64,000 nucleotides of DNA from Heterodontus francisci (GCF_036365525.1 NC_090404.1:5642001-5706000), one strand, 5' to 3'; positions 11,101-23,945 are shown, counted from the first letter of the stretch. Notes: generated by a model from the sequence alone, not told the origin. Translations and numbers: made by a program.

Positions 11101-14019
11101 CAATATTGGCGATTACGCTCTGGAAGTGGTTCAACAGTTCACCTACCTAGGCTCAACTATCACCAGTAACCTGTCCCTAGATGCAGAAATCAACAAGCGC
11201 ATGGGAAAGGCTTCCACTGCTATGTCCAGACTGGCTAAGAGAGTGCGGGAAAATGGCGCACTGACACGGAACACAAAAGTCCGAGTGTATCAAGCCTGCG
11301 TCCTCAGTACCTTGCTCTATGGCAGCGAGGCCTGGACAACGTATGTCAGCCAAGAGCGACGTCTCAATTCATTCCATCTTCGCTGCCTCCGGAGAATACT
11401 TGGCATCAGGTGGCAGGACCGTATCTCCAACACAGAAGTCCTCGAGGCGGCCAACATCCCCAGCTTATACACACTACTGAGTCAGCGGCGCTTGAGATGG
11501 CTTGACCATGTGAGCCGCATGGAAGATGGCAGGATCCCCAAAGACACATTGTACAGCGAGCTCACCACTGGTATCAGACCCACCGGCCGTCCATGTCTCC
11601 GCTTTAAAGACGTCTGCAAACGCGACATGAAGTCCTGTGACATTGATCACAAGTTGTGGGAGTCAGTTGCCAGCGTTCACCAGAGCTGGCGGGCAGCCAT
11701 AAAGGTGGGGCTAAAGTGTGGCGAGTCGAAGAGACTTAGCAGTTGGCAGGAAAAAAGACAGAGGTGCAAGGGGGGAGCCAACTGTGTAACAGCCCCGACA
11801 AACAAATTTTTCTGCAACACCTGTGGAAGAGCCTGTCACTCTAGAATTAACCTTTATAGCCACTCCAGACGCTGCTCCACACACCACTGACCACCTCCAG
11901 GCGCTAACCCATTGTCTCTCGAGATAAGGAGGCCACAGAAGAATCATGGAAAAGGACAAAGATAAAACTTGAGCATAAGTTCTACATTGGGGCAAGGCAA
12001 ATTTTAAGAAACTGAGAGGTGACCTGGCGAAAGTGGACTGGATACAGCTACTTGAAGGAAAATCAGTGGCAAACCAATGGGAGGCATTCAAAAGCGAGAT
12101 ACTACAGGCACATTGCAGGCATGTCCCCACAAAGATAAAGGGTGGTACTGCCAAATCTAGAGCCCCTGGTTATCTAAAAGCTTACAGGGTAAGTTAAAGC
12201 AGAAAAAGAAAACTTATGATGATGACAAAAATCTTAATACTTAGAAAGCTTAGAGAAGTATAGAAAGTGCAGGGGTGAGGTAAAAAAGGAAATTAAAAAG
12301 CAAAGAGAGGACATGACAGGTAAAATCAAGGAAAACCCAAAGATGTTTTATCAGTACATTAAGAGCAAGAGGATAACAAGGAAAGGTTAAGGCCTATCAG
12401 AGATGTACAAGGGAACTCATGCGTGGATGCAGAAGCTGTGGGCAGGGTTCTTAATGAGTTTTTTTGTCTCTGTCTTCGCAAAGGAGAGGGTTGATGTAGA
12501 CATTGTAGTTAAAGAGGAGGAGTGTGAAATATTAGACACAATAAGCATAATGAGAGAGGAAATACTAGAGGGTCTGACATCCTTGAAAGTGGAGAGCCGG
12601 ATGGATTGCATCCCAGGTTGTTAAAGGAAGCCAGGGAGGAATTAGCAGGTGCTCTGAGCACCATCTGCAAATCCTCACTTGATACAGGAGAAGTACCAGA
12701 CAATTGGAGGTCTGCGAACATTGTACTATTGTTTAAAAAGGGTGCAAGGGATAGGCCAAATAATTATAGGCTGGTCAGTCTGACCTCAGTGGTGGGTAAA
12801 TTGTTAGAATCTATTCTGAGGGACAGGATAAACTGCCACTTAGAAAAGCATGGATTAATCAGGGATAGTCAGCATGTATTTGTTAAGGGAAGGTCATATC
12901 TTACTAACTTAATTGAGATTTTTGAGGAAGTAACACAAAGAATTGATGAGGGTATTGCAGTGGATGTGGTCTACGTGGACTTTAGTAAGGCATTTGACCA
13001 GGTCCCACATGGCAGACTGGTCAGTAAAATGAAAGCCCATGGGATACAGGGGAATGTGGTAGGTTGGATCCAGAATTGGCTCAGGGACTGGAAACAAAGG
13101 GTAGTACTCGATGGATGTTTTTGTGAATGGAAAGCTGTTTCCAGTGGTGTGCCACAGGGCTCCGTGTTGGGTCCCTTGCTGTTTGTGGTATATATTAATG
13201 ATTTGGACTTAAATGTGGGAGACATGATTGGGTAATTTGAAGATGACACAAAAATTGGCCCTGTAGTTGATAGTGAAGAGGATAGCCGTAGACTCCAGAA
13301 ACATATAAATGGTTTGGTTGAGTGGGCGAAAAAGTGGCAAATGGAAACTAGAAAAGCATGAGGTAATGCATTTGGGGAGGGCAAATAAAGCGAGGGAATA
13401 CACAATAAACGGGAGGATATTGAGAGAGCTAGAAGTAGTGAAAGACCTTGGAGTGCATGTCCATAGGTCCCTGAAGGTGGCAGGACAGGTAGATAGAGTG
13501 GTGAAGAAGGCATATGGAATGCTTTCCTTTATTGGCCGAGGTAGAGAATTCAAAAGCAGGGATGTAATGCTCGAACTGTATAAAACGCTGGTTAGGCCAC
13601 AGTTGGAGTATTGTGTACAGTTCTGGTCACCACACTACAGAAAGGACTTAATTGCTCTGGAGAGAGTACAGAGGAGATTTACAAGAATGTTGCCAGGGCG
13701 TAAACGTTGCAGCTGTGAAGAAAGATTGGATAGGCCAGGGTTGTTTTCCTGGAACTGAGGAGGCTGAGGGGAGACTTAATTGAGGTGTACAAAATTATGA
13801 GGGGCCTACAGTAGACAGGAAGGACCTGTTTCCCCCAGCGAGGCAGAAACCCTCAATTCTTTTAAAAGGTACCTGGACATGCACCTGAAGTGCTGTAACT
13901 GGCAAGGCTGTGGACCAGGTGCTGGAAGGTGGGATTAGATTGGGCGGCTAGTTTTTTGTTCAGCCGGCACGGACAAGACAGGCTGAATGTCCTACTTCTG
14001 TGCCATAATTTTTCTATGG
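8134..14019 (+). mobile_element. Near full-length degenerate CR1 LINE (5'UTR, ORF1 esterase, ORF2 APE-RT)
   Basis: ORF1: CASCGMW..CRKC, IVIGES, VHIDTNDIG, NGLHLN (8438-9366, frameshifted). ORF2 fragments: GVYYRPP, GDFN, VPQGSVLGP. Removing it rejoins the Gypsy RT (QVKA-E-IQYMLE) across a duplicated ttc. Confidence 0.9.
10137..11941 (+). mobile_element. RTE-clade LINE, 5'-truncated, RT nearly intact
   Basis: GKAPGKD, FIDLTKAFD, GVKQGCVLAP, LLFADD, YLGS, C-terminal CNTCGRACHSRINLYSH. One frameshift near 10381. 9-bp TSD aatcatgga (10128-10136, 11942-11950). Confidence 0.92.
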
Positions 14020-15837
14020 TTCTGCTTTTACTTGGGACTGTTTGTCTGGAGTTAAGCAGTAAGGATGCTGTTTTATAGGAATAGATTCCCCTACATCCGC
14101 ATCATGTGTGACTAAGGTTGTCCATCCTGGCTTATCCCTACAAACTCTTTTAAATGCTGTGAGTAGCCTTGTTAGGTCTTCTCGTTGTTCTGCATCTGAG
14201 TACAAAAGCATGTTGTCCAGTTTTCTTAGCCATTCTGCATTAGCTAACCAGATAGCAGAAGGTTCAATTTGTGAATTATATAGGACTCCTTCTGCCTCAT
14301 ACTCACTATCCCTTTCATTCTTATCTGTCCCTATTACCTGACATACCTGCATTGGCTTATCCTCCTCTCTGCAATAATATTGCTTTAACATATTGATATG
14401 ACACAGCCAATTCCTTTTCTGGAAATCTGGGGTGTCAATCAAGTAATTTACCTAATCAACACTTTGGACCACCTTATACAGACTACTGAAATGTGCTTTT
14501 AATGGTTCACCCTGTAAAGCTAATAATACAAATACTTCATCCCTGGTTGAAAAGTTCGGGTCTTTGCGTTCTTGTCTGCCCACTTTTTCATGGTTGTTTG
14601 TTATACTTTAAGGTGTTCCTGAGCCACATTGCTAGCTTTTGTGAGCCTTTCCTGGAACATGAATACATAGTCTAGTACCGAAGATTCATTCTTTTGTTCT
14701 AAGAACCTGTCTTTGATGGGTTTTAGAGGATCTTTTAACTCATGTCATTAAACCAATTTGAAAGGACTAAAACCTTTAGTCTCATTCTGTGAATCTCTAG
14801 AGGCAAATAAAAGACAGTCTTGCCCTTTATCACAATCTTGGGGATATTCATGACAGTATGCCCTAATCATTGTTTTGAGAGTTAGATGTTACTTGCTAAA
14901 GCTCCCTGTGTCTGTGGGTAACGTGCCAAAGACCCTAACTGTTTGATTCCCAAATTACCCATGGCTTCTTGAAATATCTTAGATATAAAAATCTTGATCC
15001 GATTGAACTTCAATTGGTAATCTATATCTTGTAAGGAATTGGGTTAACTTCTCCACTACTGCGTTAGCAGTAATTGTCCTCAAGGGAATGGCCTCTGGAA
15101 ATCAAGTGGCCATATCCATGATAGTGAGTATATATTGATGCCTCACTTTTGTTCTTGGCAAGGGTCTTATGCAGTCTACCAACAGCCTACTAAATGGTTC
15201 TTCAATAACTGGTACGAGAATTAGGGGTGCCGGTTTTATGGTAGATTGCAGATTTCCCACCATTTGGCACATATGGCATGTCCTACAAAACTGCACCACG
15301 CCCTTTGTAAGGTCTGGCAAGTAATAATGTTGACTTATAGGTGATTTGGTCTTCCAGATTCCTATATGTCCTGCTAGAGGAATGTCATAGGCTAACCTTA
15401 ATAATTCCCAGCGATATTTAGGTGGTATCACTACTTGTCGAACAACTGTCCAGTCTTCGTCCGCAGGTCTATGAGGCAGTCTCCATTTCATCATCAGAAC
15501 TCCGTCTCCAACATCATGGCCTCATGGAACTCCTTTTGCCTCAGCTTCTGTCAGAGTCGACTGTGCTATTCGATGTAACTCTGGATCAGCTTGTTGTGTT
15601 GCAATTATAGAAGACTTGTTAAACATCTCATTTAGATTATTTAAATCCCAAAGGAAAGTTTCAGGTACTCGGCTATCTGTTTGTGATGCCAATTTTACCT
15701 CCGGCAATGGAACTTGTTTAGCCATTACTCGGGTTACTACACATGCAGGAAATATTCCTGGAACTTGTTCCTGAAATTGTTCTGTTTCATTAATTTCACT
15801 TGGTTTCCCTGTGACTACAGGAGAAACTGATACTTTT

Positions 15838-15983
15838 TTTTTAGAGATACAGCACTGAAACAGGCCCTTCAGCCCACTGAGTCTGTGTCAACCATCAACC
15901 ACCCATTTATACTAATCCTACACTAATCCCATATTCCTACCACATCCCCACCTGTCCCTATATTTCCCGACCACCTACCTATA
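15838..15983 (-). mobile_element. HE1/V-SINE 3' fragment
   Basis: agagatacagcactgaaacaggcccttc... matches the 3' end of the full copies. Confidence 0.8.
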
Positions 15984-16277
15984 CGTTCTGGCCAAATCAT
16001 TCCCGAGGAGTAGGTCAATTCCCTCTACCAGCAAACTATGGACAACTCCGACGGTTACCATCCCAGTCATTAGGTCACACTCTACGTGCACTCGCTACAG
16101 AAATATGGGTATATACTCCCCACCAATAGCATTAACTAAAACTTTAGCATTCAGTGCGCTCTCTGGTGGAAAAGAGTTTGGGTTTCTCCTGTATCCCTAA
16201 GTATAACAATCGGTTCACCTGCCTCACTTGAGGGATATGGAGTTACTTTTCCTTTCGACAAGAATGCCCTGTAACTT

Positions 16278-17602
16278 TCAGTTTATCTCATTCTCAACCC
16301 ATACACTCACTTTGGTTTTTGTATCTGATTTTACAGCTGCCGTTAAAGCTACAGCCTGGTCTGCTGTACTTCTAGTCAGAGCCCCTTTCTCTACATTAGC
16401 TTTGTGTACCCCAACAAGTCCCTTGGGTTGACCTCGCAACTTCCAGCATTCTGAACAAAGATGTCCCACCTTGTGGCAATGATAACACTTTGGCTTGCAC
16501 ACCTCACGTGTACCCTCAGCACCTTCCTTTCTGACCTGAGGAGATAATCCTAGGGCATTCCCAGCTGTTCTTTCCTGTCCCTGACTACTTGCCTTCCTTT
16601 CCTGTCCCTGACTACTTGCCTTCCTTTCACTCTCCCACTTTCTATCCTTCTCGGGTTTGTGGGTGTGACAGACAAAGGGTTTTGACTTATTCACAAGCTC
16701 AAAATCATCAGTAATTTCCACTGCTTGCCTGGCTTTTGAAAGGTTTTGGTTCTTTACATAAGTTCTCACTACTGGAGGAATTGAATTTTTAAACTCTTCC
16801 AAGAGAATCAATTGTCTAAGGTTCTCTGGCATGGCTTCCATCTTCACTGCCCATATCCAACCATCAAAATTAATTCGTTTTACCCTCTCAAATTCTACAC
16901 AAGTCTGTCCAGCCAATCTCCGGAGGTTCTGAAACTTCATTTGGTAAGCTTCAGGGACTAACTCATACGCAGCAAGAATAGCTTTTTTTGCCATCTCATA
17001 ATCTGCAGAAGCCTCTTCAGAAAGCATGGCATAAACCTCTTGAGCTCTGCCCATCAACATGCTTTGCATAAGCAGTATCCAGCTTTCCTTTGGCCATTTC
17101 ATTTGTTTGACTACTTTTCAAAAGAAATGAAAAAGGCCTCTATGTCCCTTTCCTCAAACTTAGGGAGAGCTTGCATAAATTTAAACAGTTTTTCACTGGG
17201 CCCTGGGCTGGATTCAGATTCTTCCTGACCAGTATTTTCCCTGGAGTCAAGACTACCCCTTTGTCTTAGTTCCATCTTTTTTAATCCAAATTTCTTGTCT
17301 TCTCTTTCACTTCTCTCTGAAGTTCAAGTTTTCTTATTGCTATTTCTTTTTCTGTTTCCTGTTGAAGCCTAAGTTTTTTTCATTTCTTGTTCCTGCTCAT
17401 GTTTTTTCGTTTCTAACTGAATTCTAGCCAATTCCACTGCATCACTCTCTGACTTACTATCTTCTTCTTCCAATTTCAGATTTTGGATTATTCCGTCAAT
17501 TATCACTGCTTTTTTGGCACCTGATTTCAATTCTAACACCAACTTTGCCACCAATTCTATCAATTTATACTTGATTAATGTTTTCAAGTCAGTGAGGGAC
17601 AC
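16278..17602 (-). pseudogene. Gmr1-like gag with SCAN-like capsid segment and CCHC zinc knuckle
   Basis: PEAYQMKFQNL...LRQLILLEEFKNSIPPVVRTYV...AVEITDDF resembles the SCAN consensus. Knuckle CYHCHKVGHLCSEC. 27-bp tandem duplication encoding ERKASSQGQ twice. Confidence 0.8.
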
Positions 17603-17772
17603 ATTCTCCTTTTCCAGAAACCCTGCTGGAACTGCTAATGCTATTCCGATAGTATAGCCTTTACCCTATACGAGAAACCTGGTTCTTTATTTTTCTTTCA
17701 CATTGTTACTCCCCTCACAATTAAAGTAATTAAGTGTTCGAAACGACCCCAACAAGAGACCCCCAATTCATA

Positions 17773-19270
17773 TGTTATGACCAAAGCGGGAGTAATGCAC
17801 AGTTAATTCAGTCCCACTGCTCCACAGGTCACAACATTTAGATTAGATTAGAGATACAGCACTGAAACAGGCCCTTCGGCCCACCGAGTCTGTGCCGAAC
17901 ATCAACCACCCATTTATACTAATCCTACACTAATCCCATATTCCTACCAAACATCCCCACCTGTCCCTATATTTCCCTACCACCTACCTATACTAGTGAC
18001 AATTTATAATGGCCAATTTACCTATCAACCTGCAAGTCTTTTGGCTTGTGGGAGGAAACCGGAGCACCCGGAGAAAACCCACGCAGACACAGGGAGAACT
18101 TGCAAACTCCACACAGGCAGTACCCGGAATCGAACCCGGGTCCCTGGGGCTGTGAGGCTGCGGTGCTAACCACTGCGCCACTGTGCCGCCCTAACATATT
18201 AGTAAAGTTTCCCACCTACCAGAGAATTAGCCAAATTAAGCATTGTATTTATTCCCCAGAATAAAGCACACCAAACCAGGTTTCTTTAAACAACAAAAAA
18301 TTAACTATTTATTCATAAACCAATTTTAAACGATAATGAGATAAACCTATACGTCTGAACAGATTTTATAACTTCTTATTCTTCCTAACCCTCATGCATA
18401 CACATACATTCAAAACCCAATGGTTAACTGGTTTTAAAATGATGTTTTAAATTAAAGCTCTTTCTTAGGAACAATAAAATAACTGGGTTGTAAATCCTAG
18501 TGGGTTAGTTCTGATTTGGTGAGGTGTCCCAGAGTCGAATAGTCAAATGCCAAAGGTGAAATTAATGAACACTCTGTGGTGGGTCGGCATTCAAGGCAAT
18601 TTGTCTGCAGCAGGCTTCGCGTAGATCTCCTGGCAAAAGGTTGTAGCAACAGGTCTACTTTGATTTCTATATACCAGTCCAGCAGAAGAAACTTTCCTCA
18701 GGTTTCAGGATCTTTCAAACACACAGAAAGGCAACAGGACTCACCTTTGTGAGGCAGAGAGTTTCCAGAGATGGGAGAAAACAGGAATCATTCCACCCTT
18801 AAGGTTTCCTATCAGCAAAGGATCCTTTCTCCAAAGCAGTGATTCTCCACAGAGTGTAGCAACTCCTCTTCCTGGGTCTTTTCTCTCTCCAGGGGTCTTC
18901 TCAACTCTCTTTAGGCAGGTCAAAACCAAATGTAACATTCCTTTTTTACACAAAAGAGACAAGCATTCCACTCAGGGAGAGTTCTTTGTCTGGTCTGCAA
19001 ACCCCAGGTTTCCAGCAGCAACTGGTCTTTTACTTTCTTTCAGAGAGGTCCCTTTCTCTGGTTTCCAAAAACAGGTTCCTATGACTTTTTTTTCTTGCAA
19101 AAGAGAAACTAAAAACTCCCAAGCCACCAGTTATGTGACAGTCATTTCTCTCTGCTGAGTGGCTTGGAAAAACAGATTGCCTTGCAATTGCCCCACACAG
19201 TTCAGCATTCACTGTTCACAGAGAAATCATTTTTCTCAGTCTTAAAGGCACACAGACAACTTTTGTGACA
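17773..19270 (-). repeat. 5' LTR of the Gmr1-like element (contains a V-SINE)
   Basis: TG...CA ends. Visibly homologous but diverged from 5455-7237. Adjacent to the PBS-like sequence and gag. Confidence 0.75.
17838..18192 (-). mobile_element. Full-length HE1/V-SINE
   Basis: tRNA-like A box (tggcgcagtgg) and B box (ggttcgattcc), V-domain (gtgtggagtttgca..ctccggtttcctcccaca), CR1-like tail with (ctaat)n. TSD aacat. Confidence 0.92.
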
Positions 19271-19489
19271 GTCTGAAGAGATGTCTGTTGCATAATTGTA
19301 CCAGCAGTTAACAGGTTCCTGTGAACTCCTCTATCTGCTATCTTAATGCAGATTTTAATCTAATTATCTTAAACGTGTCTATTTTTTAAACTCTTAAAAT
19401 GGTTGACTCAGCACTGTCACACAAAGATGTTGAGTCTTCGTAGAATAATTCCGACAAGTCATTTTCAGACTGGAAACTTAAACCTGCCA

Positions 19490-19800
19490 TTTCATGGCAG
19501 CTGGTGGAATTTAAATACAATTAATTAATAAAAATCTGGAATCGAAAACTCGTCTCAGTAATGGTGCCATGAAATTATCATTGATCATCATAAAAACCAA
19601 CCTGGTTCACTAATGTCCTTTAGGGAAGGAACTCTCCTGTCCTTACTTGGTCTGGCCTACGTGTGACTCCAGACCCACAATGTGGTAGGCTCTTAACTGC
19701 CCTCTGAAATAGCTTAGCAAGCCACTCAATCGTCAAAGGCAATTGGGGATGGGCAACAAATGTTGCCTTGTCAGTGATGCCCACAACCCATGAAAGAAAT
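19490..19800 (+). mobile_element. Second SINE family (5'-truncated)
   Basis: Homologous to 43632-43955. Tail ggcaatt..ggatgggcaa..aaatg shared with the LINE at 54645-56712. Confidence 0.7.
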
Positions 19801-19817
19801 TTTTTTAAAAGCCTCTT

Positions 19818-20390
19818 TTATTGCTGCTGTTACTCCAGGGCAGAGTCATGTCTAAAAGCCTGTTTCCATTTGGAGTTCCACAGGTCTCAGTAGTAGGGCA
19901 CTGACTCTTTGTGGTGTATATCAATGATTTAGAGTTAAGTGTAGGGGACCATGATTAAGACATTTGCAGATGATACAAAAATTGGTTGTGCGGTTGACCG
20001 TGAGGAAGAAAGCTGCAGACTCCAGGGAGATATCAGTTCAGGTGGGCAGAAAAGAGGCAAATGGAATTCAACTCGGAGAAGTGCGAGGTAATGCATTTGG
20101 GGAGGGCAGACAAGGCAAGGGAATGCACCGAGAATGTAGAATCCTCCAAAATGTCGAACAACAGAAGGACCTTGGAGTGCATGTCAATAGATACCTGAAG
20201 GCAGCTGGGCAGTTAGATAAGCTGGTCAGGAATTAGCTGAAGGTTACATTCCTTTATTAGTCAAGTTCCAAAGTATAAAAGCAAGGAGACTATGCTAGAA
20301 CTGTATACAACACTAGTTAGACCTTCCCCACAGCTAGAGAACTGTGTACAGATCTGGTCACCTCATTAATCATATAGAGTAAGACCAGAT
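19818..20390 (+). repeat. ZNF 3'UTR remnant plus old CR1, inverted relative to ZNF-B1
   Basis: ttattgctgctgtta..ccagggc followed by CR1 starting at the same breakpoint as at 62860-62940 and (reverse) 44340-44410. Confidence 0.6.
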
Positions 20391-20414
20391 CAATTAATTA
20401 GCATAAACTAAAGC

Positions 20415-23400
20415 CATAGAGTCATTGAATTATACAGCATAGTAACAGGCCCTTCGGCCCATCGTGTCTGTGCCGGGCATCAAGCATCCATCTATTCTAA
20501 TCCCATTTTCCAGCACTTGCCCCATAGCCTTGCATGCTATGGTGTTTCAAGTGCTCATCTAAATACTTCTTAAATGTTGTGAGGGTTCCTGCCTCTACCA
20601 CCACTTCAGGAAGTGTGTTCCAGATTCCAACCACCCTCTGGGTGAAAATTTTTTTCCCCAAATCCCCTCTAAACCTCCTGCCCCTTACCTTAAATCTATG
20701 CCCCCTGGTAACTGATCCCTCCGCTAAGGGAAAAAGTTTCTTCCTATCTAACCTATCAATGCCCTCATAATTTTGTATACCCCAATCAGGTCCCCCCCTC
20801 AGCCTTCTCTGCTCTAAGGAAAATAACCCTAGCCTATCCAGTCTCTCTTCATAGCTGAAATGCTCCAGCCCAGGCAACATCCTGGTGAATCTCTTCTACA
20901 CCCTCTCCAGTGCAATCTACTTCAACGCCAGGAGCATCCGGAATAAGGTGGGTGAGCTTGCAGCATGGGTTGGTACCTGGGATCCTGATGTTGTGGCCAT
21001 TTCGGAGACATGGGTAGAGCAGGGGCAGGAATGGATGTTGCAGGTTCCGGGATTTAGATGTTTCAGAAAGAACAGAGAAGAGGGTAAAAGAGGGGGGGGT
21101 GTGGCATTGTTAATCAAGGAAAGTATTACAGCGGCAGAAAGGACGTTTGAGGACTCGTCTACTGAGGTAGTATGGGCCGAGGTTAGAAACAGGAGAGGAG
21201 AGGTCACCCTGTTGGGAGTTTTCTATAGACCTCCGAATAGTTCCAGAGATGTAGAGGAAAGGATAGCGAAGATGATTCTCGACAGGAGCGAGAGTAACAG
21301 GGTAGTGGTTATGGGGGACTTTAACTTTCCAAATATTGACTGGAAATACTATGTTTCGAGTACTTTAGATGGGTCTGTTTTTGTCCAGTGTGTGCAGGAG
21401 GGTTTTCTGACACAGTATGTGGACAGGCCAACCAGGGGCGATGCCACATTGGATTTGGTACTGGGTAATGAACCCGGCCAGGTGTTCGATTTAGATGTAG
21501 GTGAGCACTTTGGCGATAGTGATCACAATTCGGTTAGGTTTACCTTAGCGATGGGCAGGGACAGGTATATACCGCAGGGCAAGAATTATAGCTGGGGGAA
21601 AGGAAATTATGACGCGATTAGGCAAGATTTAGGATGTGTAGGATGGGGAAGGAAACTGCAGGGGATGGGCACAAACGAAATGTGGAGCTTATTCAAGGAG
21701 CAGCTAATGCGTGTCCTTGATAAGTATGTACCTGTCAGGCAGGGAGGAAGTTGTCGAGCAAGGGAGCCGTGGTTTACTCAAGAAGTTGAAGCGCTTGTCA
21801 AGAGGAAGAGGGCGGCTTATGTTAGGATGAGACGTGAAGGCTCAGTTAGGGCGCTTGAGAGTTACAAGCTAGCCAGGAAGGATCTAAAGGGAGGGTTAAG
21901 AAGAGCAAGGAGAGGACACGAGAAGTCATTGGCGGATAGGATCAAAGAAAACCCTAAGGCTTTCTATAGGTATATCAGGAATAAACGAATGATAAGAGTT
22001 AGAACAGGGCCAATCAAGGATAGTAGTGGGAAGTTGTGTGCGGAATCAGAGGAGATAGGGGAAGAGTTAAATGAATATTTTTCGTCAGTATTTACAGTAG
22101 AGAAAGAAAATGTTGCCGAGGAGATTACTGAGATACAGCCTACTAGGCTAGATGGGATTGAGATTCACAAGGAGGAGGTGTTAGCAATTTTGGAAAGAGT
22201 GAAAATAGATAAGTCCCCTGGGCCAGATGGGATTTATCCTAGGATTCTCTGGGAAGCCAGGGAGGAGATTGCAGAGCCGTTGTTGTTGATCTTTAAGTCG
22301 TCATTGTCGACAGGAGTAGTGCCGGAGGACTGGAGGATAGCAAATGTTGTCCCCTTGTTCAAGAAGGGGAGTAGAGACAGCCCTGGTAATTATAGACCTG
22401 TGAGCCTTACTTCGGTTGTGGGTAAAATGTTGGAAAAGGTTATAAGAGACAGGATTTATAATCACCTTGAAAAGAATAAGTTCATTTGCGATAGTCAGCA
22501 CGGTTTTGTGAAAGGTAGGTCGTGCCTCACAAACCTTATTGAGTTTTTCGAGAAGGTGACCAAACAGGTGGATGAGGGTAAAGCCGTGGATGTGGTGTAT
22601 ATGGATTTCAGTAAGGCGTTTGATAAGGTTCCCCACGGTAGGCTATTGCAGAAAATACGCAAGTATGGGGTTGAAGGTGATTTAGAGCTTTGGATCAGAA
22701 ATTGGCTAGCTGAAAGAAGACAGAGGGTGGTGGTTGATGGCAAATGTTCATCCTGGAGTTTAGTTACTAGTGGTGTACCGCAAGGTTCTGTTTTGGGGCC
22801 ACTGCTGTTTGTCATTTTTATAAACGACCTGGATGAGGGTGCAGAAGGGTGGGTTAGTAAATTTGCGGATGACACGAAGGTCGGTGGAGTTGTGGATAGT
22901 GTCGAAGGGTGTTGTAGGGTACAGAGGGACATAGATAGGCTGCAGAGCTGGGCTGAGAGATGGCAAATGGAGTTTAATGCGGAGAAGTGTGAGGTGATTC
23001 ACTTTGGAAGGAGTAACAGCAATGCAGAGTACTGGGCTAATGGGAAGATTCTTGGTAGTGTAGATGAGCAGAGAGATCTTGGTATCCAGGTACATAAATC
23101 CCTGAAAGTTGCTACCCAGGTTAATAGGGCTGTTAAGAAGGCATATGGTGTGTTAGCCTTTATTAGTAGGGGGATCGAGTTTCAGAGCCACGGGGTCATG
23201 ATGCAGCTGTACAAAACTCTGGTGAGGCCGCACCTGGAGTATTGCGTGCAGTTCTGGTCACCGCATTATAGGAAGGATGTCGAAGCTTTGGAAAGGGTGC
23301 AGAGGAGATTTACTAGGATGTTGCCTGGTATGGAAGGAAGGTCTTACGAGGAAAGGCTGAGGGACTTGGGGTTGTTTTCGTTAGAGAGAAGGAGGAGGAG

Positions 23401-23945
23401 AGGTGACTTAATAGAGACATACAAGATAATCAGAGGGTTAGATAGGGTGGATAGTGAGAGTCTTTTTCCTCGGATGAGGATGGCAAACACGAGGGGACAT
23501 AGCTTTAAGTTGAGGGGTGAAAGATATAGGACAGATGTCAGAGGTAGTTTCTTTACGCAGAGAGTAGTAGGGGCGTGGAACGCCCTGCCTGCAACAGTAG
23601 TAGACTCGCCAACTTTAAGGGCATTTAAGTGGTCATTGGATAGACATATGGATGTAAATGGAATAGTGTAGGTCAGATGATCGGCGCAACATCGAGGGCC
23701 GAAGGGCCTGTACTGCGCTGTAATATTCTAATTCTAATTCTAATCCTCCCTTTAGCGTGGCGACCAGAACAGTACACAGTACTCCAGCTGTGGCCTAAAT
23801 AGCTCTTATAGTCTATGCCTCAGCTAATAAAGGCCTAATAAAGGATAAAAAATCCCATATGCCTTCCTAACCACCTTATCTACCTGTGATGCTGCCTTCA
23901 GTGATCCATGGACAAGTACACCAAGGTCCCTCTGACCCTTTGTGT
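20415..23945 (-). mobile_element. CR1 3' fragment split by a younger CR1
   Basis: Pieces 20415-20917 and 23742-23945 are colinear with the family copy at 2255-3140. Confidence 0.85.
20918..23741 (+). mobile_element. Young CR1 LINE with uninterrupted ORF2 (APE + RT), 5'-truncated at the ORF2 start
   Basis: About 917 codons with no stop to 23671 (YFNARS, ETW, GDFN, SDH, QHGF, VPQGSVLGP, FADD). (attcta)n tail, flanking aatc. The first 11 aa of the listed ORF come from the host fragment. Confidence 0.95.

Larger units (their letters stand above)
5455..19270 (-). mobile_element. Gmr1-like Gypsy LTR retrotransposon (gag-PR-IN-RT order), degenerate and interrupted by nested elements
   Basis: On the minus strand: gag with CYHCHKVGHLCSEC knuckle, LRDTG protease (~16190), integrase (GHIG..CRTCHMC, LVDCIRPLP..YILTIMD), then RT (PIKQHPY..EIQYMLE, DYSKVNAVTKADSYPIP, LDLLKGYWQIPL). 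Related LTRs at both ends. Degenerate tRNA-Pro-like PBS TGGGGG at ~17765. Confidence 0.85.

Noticed and set aside
18110-18192. tRNA gene
   Set aside because: It is the tRNA-derived head of a V-SINE and is repeated in every full copy.
20885-20917. GTG start giving a complete 928-aa CR1 protein
   Set aside because: These codons belong to the antisense host CR1 fragment. The element has no promoter, ORF1 or native start.
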